Below the pieces are notes generated by a model, which saw nothing but the letters and a program-made list of their open reading frames with translations, searched no databases and was not told the origin of the DNA. The translations under genes and the position numbers were made by a program. 64,000 nt of DNA from an uncultured Bacilli bacterium. GTDB lineage: Bacteria; Bacillota_I; Bacilli_A; RF39; UBA660. Positions 10,500 through 20,986 of this stretch are shown here, one piece after another. Where the stretch lies: assembly GCA_949505625.1 (NCBI GenBank), contig CATBQD010000006.1, positions 3,495 to 67,494 of the forward strand, read 5' to 3'. How positions within the stretch are numbered: the stretch's first letter is position 1; each line of letters begins with the position of its first letter.

Positions 10500-10961
10500 C
10501 TATTCATGATTTCTCTCTAATGCAATCAATTTTTCTTTTCTATTTAATCCACCTATATAACCAGTTAATCTCCCATTCTTCCCTAAGACTCTATGACATG
10601 GGATTATAACAGGAAGTGGATTATTATAATTTGCTAATCCTACTGCCCGATATCCTTTTTTATTTCCTATTCTTTCTGCAATTTGCTGATACGTTTTTAT
10701 TTCACCAAAAGGAATTTCCATTAAGGCTTTCCATACTGATAATTGAAAATTTGTTCCTGTTAACATTATTGGAATATCAAAAGATTTTCTTTCTCCTTTA
10801 AAATATTCAAGAATCTGGGTAGCACAGTTTTTTAGGAAATCAGTTTCTATTATGTCAATTTCTTCATGGAGGTTTTCTTCAAATGATACTCTTTTTAAAT
10901 ATCCAGTATCTTCAATTAGTTCGATATTTCCAATGGGAGTCTTTATTATCATCCTATTCAT
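10500..10961 (-). CDS. ogt: Methylated-DNA--protein-cysteine methyltransferase
   Basis: GTNFQLSVW, IPFGE..TY, RAVG, IPCHRV active site. Confidence 0.93.
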   Translation of the reverse strand: MNRMIIKTPIGNIELIEDTGYLKRVSFEENLHEEIDIIETDFLKNCATQILEYFKGERKSFDIPIMLTGTNFQLSVWKALMEIPFGEIKTYQQIAERIGNKKGYRAVGLANYNNPLPVIIPCHRVLGKNGRLTGYIGGLNRKEKLIALERNHE

Positions 10962-11013
10962 ATCTCTCCTCTTTTCTAAAATAATTTTTCATACACTCAT
11001 ACTTTTTATTTTA

Positions 11014-11199
11014 CTATTGACTATTGGAAGAATTTTCCTGTAATATATGTTCTACAATTAGGTATTTTTCTAATAATAATTGATTTAATATTTCTAAATC
11101 TTGTTGTGAAAATTCATCAGAGACTTCAACTTTGCGAATTATTTCTTCTAATGGCTTTATTACTTTTTTCACATAAAGAATATCAATTTGTTTTTTCAT
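11014..11199 (-). CDS. Small hypothetical protein divergent from XRE regulator
   Basis: ATG at 11199 after GGAGGGAG RBS; the upstream part of the 140-aa ORF is antisense to the HTH gene. Confidence 0.55.
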   Translation of the reverse strand: MKKQIDILYVKKVIKPLEEIIRKVEVSDEFSQQDLEILNQLLLEKYLIVEHILQENSSNSQ

Positions 11200-11327
11200 T
11201 CTACTGCTCCCTCCACTTATATTATACCTTATTATTAGTATATCTAACAATTTATTATATATATTAAATTGTAACAATCCAGTTAAAAGGTTACAATGTT
11301 GGTAGCAGTGAGTAGTCAGGTGGTAAT

Positions 11328-11591
11328 ATGAAATTATATAATGATAGTAATAAAGAGGAATTAGCAAGATTGGTTGGTAGTAATGTCCGTTATTATAGGA
11401 ACTTATATAACCTAAATCATAAAGAACGTATAACACAAGCAGCTTTAGCAGAAATGATTGGAGTTAGTACAGGTCTAATTGGAACTTTAGAATCCGAGAA
11501 GCAGATGGTAAGCGTTCCAGTCTTGTGGAACATTAGTCAAGTATTAAATATTCAAATTGATCAATTATTTGAGGACCCTAAAGTAAAATAG
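11328..11591 (+). CDS. XRE-family HTH regulator
   Basis: ITQAALAEMIGVSTGLIGTLES helix-turn-helix. Confidence 0.85.
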   Translation: MKLYNDSNKEELARLVGSNVRYYRNLYNLNHKERITQAALAEMIGVSTGLIGTLESEKQMVSVPVLWNISQVLNIQIDQLFEDPKVK

Positions 11592-11595
11592 AAGC

Positions 11596-12657
11596 TTAAA
11601 CTTCTATTTTTTTATTTAGATATAATTCAATTTGTTTTAAATCACAATTACTAATATCAATAAAATTAGTTGTTATCATTTTTTCTGTAATCAAAATTGA
11701 AATGGTATCAATATAAAATTGTCCGTGATATTGATCATTAACATTTTTCCTAATGGTATCAAAATTATCAATAAGCTCCTTTATTATTTTTTTCTGATTC
11801 TCTGGTTTTAATAAAAATATTGTCTCGTTTTTCATTCCATAATACAAGCACAAATAAGTATTTTGTAAATATAAATTTCGAAGTTGAGAATTGCTCAAAT
11901 AAATCGATTTCTCTGGTGATACAACTGTTATATTTTTTATTTCTATTCTATATTGTTTTTCCCCACTCATTATTACCAGATCTGCTGGTTCGTTTGTCTC
12001 TTCGGATACATTTTCTACAGAAAATCCTTTATTTTTAAAGAAGTAATAACTTCCTTTCTCTCCTTTTGCTCCCTTTTTGACCTTTTCTAAGCCTATTTTA
12101 CTTGTTCCATATGTTGTAGGAAACTTGCTATCTAATATATCATGATGATCATATTTTTTTGTCCATGTTATGTTATCACCAGTATTCTTAATACATTCTT
12201 CAAGAAACATAATCATTTTAGAATGAAGTTTAAAGCAATATCCGCCTTGTTTTGCACAAAAACTCCCCTCTCTTATACAAAAAGGGAAATTATTCTTTTC
12301 TTGTGTCCCTATTCGATAATTTTTGCTTGTCATTTCTTCTATTACTTTTATACATTTATCTTGGTAAAATTCTAAAACTTCACTAATGATCCCATAACCA
12401 TCATCACTCCAACCAGCATTATTATGATATTCTGTATAATAGTCTTGATGCATAACATCTTCCGCATCAAAAAGAGCTTTACCCTTTGCATATAAATAGG
12501 TATCCGAAATAAAGTATATAATATCTCCCTTTTTTATTTTTCCGACATTTTTCCACCAATATTTTGTACTGTTCGTTTTAGGATTTCTTTTTGGCGCCCA
12601 AGATTTTATCTGATTATTCATTGCAGATAGCTTTGATTCAAAAATTAAATATGTCAT
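11596..12657 (-). CDS. Putative modification-dependent nuclease: EVE/PUA-like N-terminal domain + DUF3883 PD-(D/E)XK domain
   Basis: N-term WAPK...WWKNVGKIKKGDIIYF; C-term GAKGE...NVS...PADL...IEIKN...IYLSNSQ. Confidence 0.6.
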   Translation of the reverse strand: MTYLIFESKLSAMNNQIKSWAPKRNPKTNSTKYWWKNVGKIKKGDIIYFISDTYLYAKGKALFDAEDVMHQDYYTEYHNNAGWSDDGYGIISEVLEFYQDKCIKVIEEMTSKNYRIGTQEKNNFPFCIREGSFCAKQGGYCFKLHSKMIMFLEECIKNTGDNITWTKKYDHHDILDSKFPTTYGTSKIGLEKVKKGAKGEKGSYYFFKNKGFSVENVSEETNEPADLVIMSGEKQYRIEIKNITVVSPEKSIYLSNSQLRNLYLQNTYLCLYYGMKNETIFLLKPENQKKIIKELIDNFDTIRKNVNDQYHGQFYIDTISILITEKMITTNFIDISNCDLKQIELYLNKKIEV

Positions 12658-12668
12658 ACAAAATCCTT

Positions 12669-14732
12669 CTAAAACTGATCTTTCATAACCATATCTAAAT
12701 CGAAATAGAATCCATACTCTTTATAATATTGATCTCCAATTTTAGCCTGTTTCACTTCAACATTTTTTCCACCTAATTTTTCATAAAAACGAATTGCTTT
12801 TTCATTTTCAGCAAAGCACCAAACAATCATATTTTTTCTATCACGGCTTATTAATTCTTTTACTGTTTCTTTAAATAGGGCACTTCCTATACCCTTACCT
12901 TTATGATCAGGTTTTATATATAAGCTGACTAATTCAGAATCATATTTTTCATAAAACTTTTTTATATCAAAACAGGAATACCCTAAAATTTCATTGCCTT
13001 CTACTGCTACCAATACTAGATCTTTATAATCTTCAAAACTACGTATATAACGTTCTGTTTGAGCTTCATAATTCAATTCATTTAAATATTTAGAAGCAAC
13101 GATTTTATCATATGCTGTTCGCCATCCATCTACTTTAATGTGGGCCATTTGCTCTTGATCCTTTAATTCATTCTTTCGAATAATATATTCTTCTTTTACA
13201 GTAAGTTTTGAAAGCGCTAAATTCATATTTTTAAATGCTCCAATAATTTGTTCGTCCTCCAAAGCAAATGTAACTCTACCAACTAATTCTTTTTCATATG
13301 GCCAACTAATTGATTGACCAACCAAAAATCTTGTTCTAGAAGTCTTATAAAAAAACTTTAATAAATCTTTTTCACTATTAATTACATCACCATGGTACTT
13401 CATTCCCTTTATTTTAGTAAAATCTAAAATTGCAAAGAAACCTGCTTCAGGTATTAAGTTTTCAGGAAAATCTGTATATGGAAGTCCTTTTAAAACTTGT
13501 TCCAAATTTTCTTTCTCCACTTCAGAGACTATCTTTGAACTCACCTCTTCATAATATGGACTATCTTTAATACTATCTATTCCATTTACCAAGGCTTTTA
13601 ATAAATGAAATTTATACTGGTAGATATTTCTTAAATCACGAAAATATTCTTGATAAATAATTTCTCTTTTTTCACTTACATTAAAGGCTCCAGCTAAGGC
13701 TCTACCAACAATATCTGGTGAAGAATCCATTTCTTGAAAAATACGATTTACCAGCTCTCTGATAATGATTTCATCAGCAACTACAAATCCAGCTCTTAAG
13801 CTTGCCATACCATAACTTTTAGAAAGACCAAATAAAGAAATCGTATTTCGAAACATTCCTGGAATCGTTGCAATTGGTTTCGCAAGATTATTTTCATCAA
13901 ATGATAAGTCACGATATACTAAATCATCAATTACAAATACTCCACGTTCTAAACAAATTTGTCCAATTGCTCTGAGTAGTTCTATATCTTTTTCACTCAT
14001 CACTTTTCCCGTCGGATTATTTGGATTTGCATTTAGAAACGCTACTACTCTAGGAACATATCCCTTTCTACGATTATAAACTTTTTGTAAGCTTTCATTG
14101 ATTTCATCTATTTTACTTGCTAATTTCGTTGGATTCACTAACCAATTATCTTCTTTTTCTAAATTCAATACTTCAACTTCTGCTCCTGCTCTTTCAGCAC
14201 GAATTGTAAACAATCCATAATTAGGACCAGTCACTAGTATAACATCCCCTGGTTTTGAAATAACATTAATAATCATATTAAATGCAATTGATGTTGATGG
14301 TAAAAAGGTGATATTATGAACAGACAATCCTTTATCATCTACATCTTTATATGCATATGGGGCGTTGTTGATAAATCCCTCTTTCTCAATATAATCAAGT
14401 AATACTTTTCTAATATTATCGTCGCCTTCTGTATATGGATATTTATACATAGAAAGAGAATCTAAAGATTTTTTCATTTCATCTATTGAAAGTGGAAATG
14501 GGGGATATTTTGTTGGATTTCCACTTCCCAAATCAACATCAGGAATAGTTACTATATTTTCATCTCTTACTTCAAATCCATAAAAATCTATTGCATCAGC
14601 AATATTCTGAACAGTTGGATTAAATTTTTCTCCATCCATTCTAAGTCCAATATCTGGTAAACCAAATCTTCTCTCTCCTAAACTTGGATTTTCTCTTAAT
14701 AAACGATCAATTGCATTTGATTTAATTAACAT
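12669..14732 (-). CDS. Class I/II PLP-dependent aminotransferase fused to C-terminal GNAT acetyltransferase
   Basis: NPNNPTG, IDDLVY, GLSKSYGMASLRAG (PLP Lys); GNAT: SLYIKPDHKGKGIGSAL, NEKAIRFYEKLG. Confidence 0.85.
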   Translation of the reverse strand: MLIKSNAIDRLLRENPSLGERRFGLPDIGLRMDGEKFNPTVQNIADAIDFYGFEVRDENIVTIPDVDLGSGNPTKYPPFPLSIDEMKKSLDSLSMYKYPYTEGDDNIRKVLLDYIEKEGFINNAPYAYKDVDDKGLSVHNITFLPSTSIAFNMIINVISKPGDVILVTGPNYGLFTIRAERAGAEVEVLNLEKEDNWLVNPTKLASKIDEINESLQKVYNRRKGYVPRVVAFLNANPNNPTGKVMSEKDIELLRAIGQICLERGVFVIDDLVYRDLSFDENNLAKPIATIPGMFRNTISLFGLSKSYGMASLRAGFVVADEIIIRELVNRIFQEMDSSPDIVGRALAGAFNVSEKREIIYQEYFRDLRNIYQYKFHLLKALVNGIDSIKDSPYYEEVSSKIVSEVEKENLEQVLKGLPYTDFPENLIPEAGFFAILDFTKIKGMKYHGDVINSEKDLLKFFYKTSRTRFLVGQSISWPYEKELVGRVTFALEDEQIIGAFKNMNLALSKLTVKEEYIIRKNELKDQEQMAHIKVDGWRTAYDKIVASKYLNELNYEAQTERYIRSFEDYKDLVLVAVEGNEILGYSCFDIKKFYEKYDSELVSLYIKPDHKGKGIGSALFKETVKELISRDRKNMIVWCFAENEKAIRFYEKLGGKNVEVKQAKIGDQYYKEYGFYFDLDMVMKDQF

Positions 14733-14743
14733 ATAAATATCAC

Positions 14744-15295
14744 CTACTTCACATATCTTAAAAATTCCAAACTTTTCACTTTTGGAAGATTACTTTCTTG
14801 TTCTGTAAAAAGTATCCCAAGTCCACCATGCTGTTTCCAATCAATAATATTAGCTTCTATATCATCTACTAATACTACTTTTCGATTATAAAATGCGGGT
14901 GAGACAATTAAAGCCTTTGAAACTTTGGGTGGGACAGAAACAATCGGAATATCTATTCCCTGCGCTCTCATGAAAGATATTTTTTCTTGTTTTTCTATGG
15001 GACTATGATTTGTCGTTAATAATTGAATTCTCTTCAAATGTTTTTGTACTTCTCTTAAAATACATAAACTATTATTTATTTGCTTAGATGAAAAGATATG
15101 ATTATACCAATCAATTGTATTTATTGCTTCTTTCCAACCGACCTGTTCAGCGTATTTTCTCATTCGCTCCTCTGTATCAATACATACACCATCTATATCA
15201 ATCATATACCAAAAACTTTCATCTACTAATTTTAAAATCTTTTTAATTTCTATATCTAATTCATTCACCTTTTTAACTCCTTTCTTTTTCTTCAT
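14744..15295 (-). CDS. HAD-family 5'(3')-deoxyribonucleotidase-like phosphatase
   Basis: IDIDGV motif I, LLT motif II, K, VLVDD...WKQHGGLGIL. Confidence 0.7.
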   Translation of the reverse strand: MKKKKGVKKVNELDIEIKKILKLVDESFWYMIDIDGVCIDTEERMRKYAEQVGWKEAINTIDWYNHIFSSKQINNSLCILREVQKHLKRIQLLTTNHSPIEKQEKISFMRAQGIDIPIVSVPPKVSKALIVSPAFYNRKVVLVDDIEANIIDWKQHGGLGILFTEQESNLPKVKSLEFLRYVK

Positions 15296-16142
15296 TATAC
15301 CAAAATAAATCTTTACATTAAAGAAAAAATTATATTTTTATAATTTCTTTTATCATAATTCTTTTACAACAGATTATTGTATCATTTAACTTTATTTTCC
15401 GTTTGTCATTATCATGTAATCAATATTTTATTCTTTTTATTCTATAATTACTTCTATTAAATAAATTCTATGTAACCCAATTTTACGATTTGTAATTAGT
15501 TTCAATTATATTATATTTGAACAAGCTTAAATTTACTATAATTATTTATTTTAGCAAACAAAACTTTCTTTCAGAAATTATATTCTTAGACAACTACAAA
15601 ACAAAACAGCATATTTTTCTGAATATACTGCTTTATCAAAAATCTTATAGAGATGTATTATTTTTTCACTATACTTTCTGAATACCAAAATGATAATTCT
15701 AACAATAATCAATACACTACTAGCTATACTATCAATAATAAGCCAATTAGGAGTATTATTAATTGCTGATACAATAGTATTTGTTTCTTCCGAATTATTA
15801 GTTGTCTCTGTTTTCTTTTTTTTATATGAAATTATCTTTTCTATTTTTTAATTTCTATATAAAATATACATTATCACTTGGTAATTAATAACTTAATGAC
15901 AAATGTTTTCTTTGACAGCATTTTTACATTATATTTATATTTTTTTATTTAAAATCTTCTATGTAAACTAAAACCATTTTTATATATAAATCATAGCTTT
16001 ATATATTCATTCAATAATTTATAGATTAAAAAATTAAAAAAATCTAACAAATATGTTAGATCAATATTTAAATTAGCGAAAAACAATTATTTATCTAATA
16101 AAAATTATACTGCTTTTCTTATACTTGATAGACAATTTTCAA

Positions 16143-16403
16143 TTATCTTATTTTTGCCTTTGTCTCTGCTTTTTTTGAATGTAGTTCAATGATTAAATCA
16201 GCTGCCAAATTTATTTTATCTTCATATGGTAAACTATCAAACCCTGGTCTACTTTTAACAATTGAACCTGCTTCCCTTATTTCATCATGGTATTCTTCTT
16301 CTAAAGCTAATCTCAATTTTAATTCTTCCTCAGACAATGCTATTCCAGAATGTTCATCACTAAAAGTTCTAGATGCTAACCATCTCAATTCTTCTCTTGA
16401 CAT
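16143..16403 (-). CDS. Hypothetical protein
   Basis: ORF with GGGAGG RBS before MSREEL; no recognised motif. Confidence 0.6.
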   Translation of the reverse strand: MSREELRWLASRTFSDEHSGIALSEEELKLRLALEEEYHDEIREAGSIVKSRPGFDSLPYEDKINLAADLIIELHSKKAETKAKIR

Positions 16404-16465
16404 AAAAAAGCCTCCCAAATTATATATTTATTTTATTGGAACTCTAATTATAAATTAGAATCTCC

Positions 16466-16501
16466 TAAAATCTACTTTCACTATCATTTTAGTAGATTTT
16501 A
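16466..16501 (-). terminator. Hairpin next to left junction, possibly the original tRNA-Trp terminator
   Basis: Perfect 11-bp inverted repeat taaaatctact/agtagatttta just downstream (minus strand) of the TGCCA remnant. Confidence 0.5.
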
Positions 16502-16585
16502 TAATCTTATATATGGCACGTGGTAAGAAGGGCTTTCCAAACTTTTATTTTTACCTTATTACCTCTCTAAAACGCACTATTTTAG

Positions 16586-16615
16586 TGAGTGTGCTGGCTG
16601 TTTCTAACACACTCA
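16586..16615 (-). terminator. Hairpin immediately after recombinase stop codon
   Basis: tgagtgtg/cacactca perfect 8-bp inverted repeat. Confidence 0.45.
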
Positions 16616-18340
16616 TTATATCACTTTTTCTTCTCTATAACAACCATTGTTGGTAAGAATTATATCAGAACTCTCTTCAAGATATTCTTGATAATCTCCC
16701 ACAAGCTCTAACCATAAGATATTGTCTTTTTCAACAGCTCGATTACTTTTAATGCTTATCATCTTAAATACTTCATTATAAGCTATATCTAAATAATCGC
16801 CCTTATTAGTATCAACAACTCTTATATTATACTTTTCTTTAAGTACATTTATATAATCATCTGCTTTTTTTCTACTATCAAACTCAGCAACACTAAAATC
16901 TTGCCCAGTAGTATCTTTTACGATTTCATCAAGCATATTCTTTTGCTCTAATTCAAATAATTTTTTAAATTTATTTCGTTTTAGCTTTAATTCTTCTATT
17001 TTAATTCTAGGGTCTTTTTCACCTTTAACGTGATACTTCTTTATTTTTATAGTATCTATATAAGTACTAATAAAATCTCGCTTTCCCTCATATTCTAATG
17101 AATTCCATAAAAATTCAAGTAGATAGCAATTAGTTTTATTAAACCTATTTTCTATTAACATAGTATCTAAAGCATACCTAATCGTATTATCAATTTTACC
17201 AGTATTTAATTTTCTAGATGTTTCTTTATCCAATACTATATAATCTTTTTCAAGTAGTAAATAGAACCCAAGATATTTTGATAATACTTCTATAAGTTCA
17301 CTTTCCAAGTAATCTTCTCTAAAGTAAGTTTTACAGTCCTTACATTTATAATAAAGATACTCTGTACCATTAGCTTTTTTTGTTCCATTGCAAGCCATAA
17401 TTCTACCACACTTAGGACATAATAACTTCTGCATAAATAAATATTGTTTAGCTCTATAATAGTTATGAATATTCTTTTGTATGTTTTCTTGGCATTGGTA
17501 AAATATATCTTCTTCTATTATTTTAGGAACAATATCAACTATTTCTACGGTTTCTTTATTTTCAACGTTTCTTCGATATTCATAAGTACCTATATAATAT
17601 TTTCCATTTAAGATTTTTGAAATTGAACTATCAGTCCAAGCACGATACTTTATTTTTTCTTCTCCTGTTTCTTTATCGGTTTTCTTACTAGATATTACTT
17701 TTGGATATTTCTTTTTTAAAATAGTAGATATTTGAAAGTAAGTTTTTCCATTTAAGCACAAATCAAAAATTTCTCTAACTATTTTTGCTCCAGTTTCATC
17801 GATGACCCACTTTTTAGTGCTTTTCCCATCTATAATTTCTTTTTTATAACCAAGAGGAGGTTTACCACCAAAATTTCCTTTATTAACAGCACTTTCTACA
17901 CCTATAAGAGTTCTTTCAACAATTAGCTCTCTTTCAAATTGAGCGAATATACCTAACATACGTGCAAACATCATTCCAGAGGCTTCAGAAGTATTTATTT
18001 TCTCACAAAGTAATTCTATACCACAGTTATATTTCTTAATTTCATTAAAGAAATTCTCAAAATCACTTATGCTACGACTAATTCTATCTAATTTGAAAGC
18101 TACAATGCAATTAAATTTCCCTTTTTTCATCTCTTTTATCATTTGTTGATATTGAGGTCGATTTTCAGTTGATTTTCCACTTATACCAGCTTCTTTATAA
18201 ATCTTGAAAACTGTATAGCCATTATACTCACAATAAGCTTTTAATCTTTTTTCCTGTTCTTCTAAACTATGACCCTCTCTAGCTTGGTCTAAAGTGCTTA
18301 CTCTAGTATAAATAGCTACGATTTTTTTATCACTATTCAT
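16616..18340 (-). CDS. Large serine recombinase (integrase)
   Basis: IYTRVST (catalytic Ser), GISGKS..RP, KLDRISR, AQFERE.I.ER, recombinase domain PLGY, Zn ribbon CPKCG...YYKCKDC. Confidence 0.95.
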   Translation of the reverse strand: MNSDKKIVAIYTRVSTLDQAREGHSLEEQEKRLKAYCEYNGYTVFKIYKEAGISGKSTENRPQYQQMIKEMKKGKFNCIVAFKLDRISRSISDFENFFNEIKKYNCGIELLCEKINTSEASGMMFARMLGIFAQFERELIVERTLIGVESAVNKGNFGGKPPLGYKKEIIDGKSTKKWVIDETGAKIVREIFDLCLNGKTYFQISTILKKKYPKVISSKKTDKETGEEKIKYRAWTDSSISKILNGKYYIGTYEYRRNVENKETVEIVDIVPKIIEEDIFYQCQENIQKNIHNYYRAKQYLFMQKLLCPKCGRIMACNGTKKANGTEYLYYKCKDCKTYFREDYLESELIEVLSKYLGFYLLLEKDYIVLDKETSRKLNTGKIDNTIRYALDTMLIENRFNKTNCYLLEFLWNSLEYEGKRDFISTYIDTIKIKKYHVKGEKDPRIKIEELKLKRNKFKKLFELEQKNMLDEIVKDTTGQDFSVAEFDSRKKADDYINVLKEKYNIRVVDTNKGDYLDIAYNEVFKMISIKSNRAVEKDNILWLELVGDYQEYLEESSDIILTNNGCYREEKVI

Positions 18341-18343
18341 AAT

Positions 18344-18646
18344 TTAATCGCTTCCTTTCGATTTTAAAATTACTTTCCCTAGAATTCTATCACTACCATA
18401 ATAAAACTTATCATCTTCTTTAGCATTTAATAATTCTATATCCTTATTAGATACCAAAGGTACAATAAAGGTATTGTAGAACATAGCCATATTAATACTA
18501 CTCTTCGGAAAGAAATAAGCACATATTTCTTCAACTGAAATATTTCCAACTTCTTTTATAACATCTAGCACTTGACTTTCAATATGTTTTAGTGATATCT
18601 TTTTACCTAATTTTTTTAAATCTTCTTTTTTACTAACATATTTCAT
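18344..18646 (-). CDS. Small hypothetical protein, possible winged-helix/RDF
   Basis: Between resolvase and integrase; VLDVIKEVGNISVEEI is wHTH-like. Confidence 0.45.
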   Translation of the reverse strand: MKYVSKKEDLKKLGKKISLKHIESQVLDVIKEVGNISVEEICAYFFPKSSINMAMFYNTFIVPLVSNKDIELLNAKEDDKFYYGSDRILGKVILKSKGSD

Positions 18647-18653
18647 ATTAAAA

Positions 18654-19271
18654 TCAATTCCTTTCTTCTTTTACCCAAGCATAGAATTTATTAGGTTTTA
18701 TTCCACCTAGTAATTCCATAGCTTTTTTTGCTGTAATTTTTTTATTGTTCCACTTCTCATAAACTTCGCTCCAGTTAGTAGGAAGTGGGAGAGTAGGACG
18801 ACCCATACGATTACCAGTTTTAGTTTTACCAGTTTTCAAGTAAAGGTCAATTCCCTCTCTTTGCCTAGAACGTATATAAGTTCTTTCTTGTTCTGCAACA
18901 TAAGATAACAAAGCAAGAATAATATCATTAATTACACTTCCCAATAAATCTTTATTCTTGCTTGTATCAAGTATTGGCATATCCAATACTCGAATATCAG
19001 CTTTAATATTTTTCGTGATATCTCGCCACTCTTCAAGTATCATATTATAATTTCTTCCTAAACGGTCTATACTCTTAATTACTAAAATATCATCTTCTCT
19101 TAAAGCTTTCTTTAAAACTTGATATTGCTCACGATTAAAATCTTTTCCACTTTGGAAATCGACCATTAAAAATCGTTCATCAACACCACTTTCTATGAGA
19201 GCTATTTTTTGCCTATCTTCTACTTGACTAGAAGAAGAACAACGTGCATACCCCCAAGTTCTACTACTCAC
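18654..19271 (-). CDS. Resolvase/invertase-type small serine recombinase
   Basis: WGYARCSS, SGKDFNR, SIDRLGR, AEQER..IRSRQREGI, MGRP, C-terminal HTH. Confidence 0.93.
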   Translation of the reverse strand: MSSRTWGYARCSSSSQVEDRQKIALIESGVDERFLMVDFQSGKDFNREQYQVLKKALREDDILVIKSIDRLGRNYNMILEEWRDITKNIKADIRVLDMPILDTSKNKDLLGSVINDIILALLSYVAEQERTYIRSRQREGIDLYLKTGKTKTGNRMGRPTLPLPTNWSEVYEKWNNKKITAKKAMELLGGIKPNKFYAWVKEERN

Positions 19272-19332
19272 TACCTAACACCTCCTTTATAAAATTAATT
19301 ATATTGGAGATAAAATTTGAAATCCCGCCGAA

Positions 19333-19448
19333 AGTGTTGCAAAAACTCCAAAAACATAAGAAATATTGCAAAACTTATGAATTGGAGTTTTATAAACACT
19401 ATATTCAGCTTTTTTTGCGTGTTGCTAAAAGTATACTTTAAGCAATAC
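19333..19448. promoter_or_regulatory. Putative res site upstream of resolvase
   Basis: Nested inverted repeats aaaactccaa/ttggagtttt and cataag/cttatg; near-palindrome ttgctaaaagtatactttaagcaa. Confidence 0.55.
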
Positions 19449-19903
19449 TAATTTTCTTTAGTATCATAATTTCTTTTAAAGGATATACGAGCACCATTAA
19501 CACCCATAAAATTACAATTTTCTTTTATTTCAGCTTTAACACTAAATGGAAACATGTATTCTTCTTTAGGTGCATTATCAAACAATATATCTATTTGCAC
19601 TATAACCATTCCTTTATCTAATAACTCTTCATAAGATTTTAAAATCTCTTCATCACAAATAATTGAAAAGCTATCAAAATCAAGAGTTGTATCTACATCA
19701 CTTTCACCAAAAATCAAAACGTAACTATCAGACTTAGTAATACCTCTAATATCTGCAAGATGAATTTGATTTTTAGAAATAATAATTTTGGTAGTATCAT
19801 TCTCAAAAACCGAATGTAAATCAGAATAAGAACCGCCATGCAATACTATTTCTCTTAACTTTTTCTTTTTCTCTTTTTTTACAGTACCATTTTTCACATC
19901 CAC
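19448..19903 (-). CDS. Hypothetical protein
   Basis: ORF track; coupled to upstream ORF. Confidence 0.55.
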   Translation of the reverse strand: MDVKNGTVKKEKKKKLREIVLHGGSYSDLHSVFENDTTKIIISKNQIHLADIRGITKSDSYVLIFGESDVDTTLDFDSFSIICDEEILKSYEELLDKGMVIVQIDILFDNAPKEEYMFPFSVKAEIKENCNFMGVNGARISFKRNYDTKEN

Positions 19904-20307
19904 ACTTCACCTTTCTTTTTAGTTCTAACAAATAGTGCCAATTCGTTAGTTTCTAAATTTTCTTCTACTTCTGTATAATACATTCCACAACAAGGACAAT
20001 CACTTATTCCAGACTGAAATTCTTCATATGTAGTGTCATCATATTCTAAACCAACTTTATAAAGTCTAAAATCTGGTTTTAATAATTCTTCTATCGTACA
20101 CTTATTCAATTTATCGGTGTTTAAAATTAAAACCAAATCATTATAAGTAGATGGAGTTAAAAACTTATCATCAAAGCAATACATATTGTATTGAATTCCA
20201 TCCATTCTTATACCTTTTATCTCCTCTTCAAAAAATTTCATTTTAGGTAATGGAGTTTCTTTACTCCATACTGCTATACTTTTTATTTTTTTATTTACAT
20301 TTTTCAT
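19894..20307 (-). CDS. Hypothetical protein with CPCC motif
   Basis: ORF with GAGG RBS; DCPCCG. Confidence 0.6.
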   Translation of the reverse strand: MKNVNKKIKSIAVWSKETPLPKMKFFEEEIKGIRMDGIQYNMYCFDDKFLTPSTYNDLVLILNTDKLNKCTIEELLKPDFRLYKVGLEYDDTTYEEFQSGISDCPCCGMYYTEVEENLETNELALFVRTKKKGEVWM

Positions 20308-20404
20308 AATTTACCTCTTTCATTATATATAATCGCTAAGGCGAGAGAGCAACGCCTACGATTATATTTTCTATTTAAATTACTCTCTCAATAAAGAACT
20401 AAAA

Positions 20405-20986
20405 CTAAGCTTGGTAATACCAATACTTCTTGTCGTTGTTCTTTTCATATTGTTTAATCTTAGCTTGTCTACCATGCAAACGATTAATCGCTTCAGTTAT
20501 AGTAGAAACATCTCGAACATCATTTGTTGTTAAATGATAATTGAAACGAGATAGTACAGAATTTAATCTATCTATCGTGTTCTCAATATAATCATTACCT
20601 AAGAAGAATAAGTCCTCAATGCTTTTCACATTTGGAGTACCATCATTAACTAAGCAAATTAATTTAACAACGGGTGTATTAGAACTGCTCGTATAATAAT
20701 ACTCTGCTCTATCAATAGAACATGGAAGAACCACATTATCGGGTATCATAGCATGTTCTTTCTCGATAGATTTCTGCAAAGCCATTTGCATAATATTTAA
20801 TGGTTCTTCATGATTTACATCAAATATCTCTATGTTATCTTGGAAAAGCCAACCATCATCTAGTTGTGTATCCATATCATCTTGTGATATAATATCATTA
20901 GATGTATTTGAGATGTTTACATCATTTTGCTCTAAATTAGTTGCACCTAAATTAGAGCTTTTTACATCTTCTGATGAATTAAACAT
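20405..20986 (-). CDS. Possible DUF669-like OB-fold ssDNA-binding protein
   Basis: SIDRAEY..SSSNTPVVKL...DG...IEDLFFL...LHGRQAKI pattern; AGGAGG RBS. Confidence 0.45.
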   Translation of the reverse strand: MFNSSEDVKSSNLGATNLEQNDVNISNTSNDIISQDDMDTQLDDGWLFQDNIEIFDVNHEEPLNIMQMALQKSIEKEHAMIPDNVVLPCSIDRAEYYYTSSSNTPVVKLICLVNDGTPNVKSIEDLFFLGNDYIENTIDRLNSVLSRFNYHLTTNDVRDVSTITEAINRLHGRQAKIKQYEKNNDKKYWYYQA

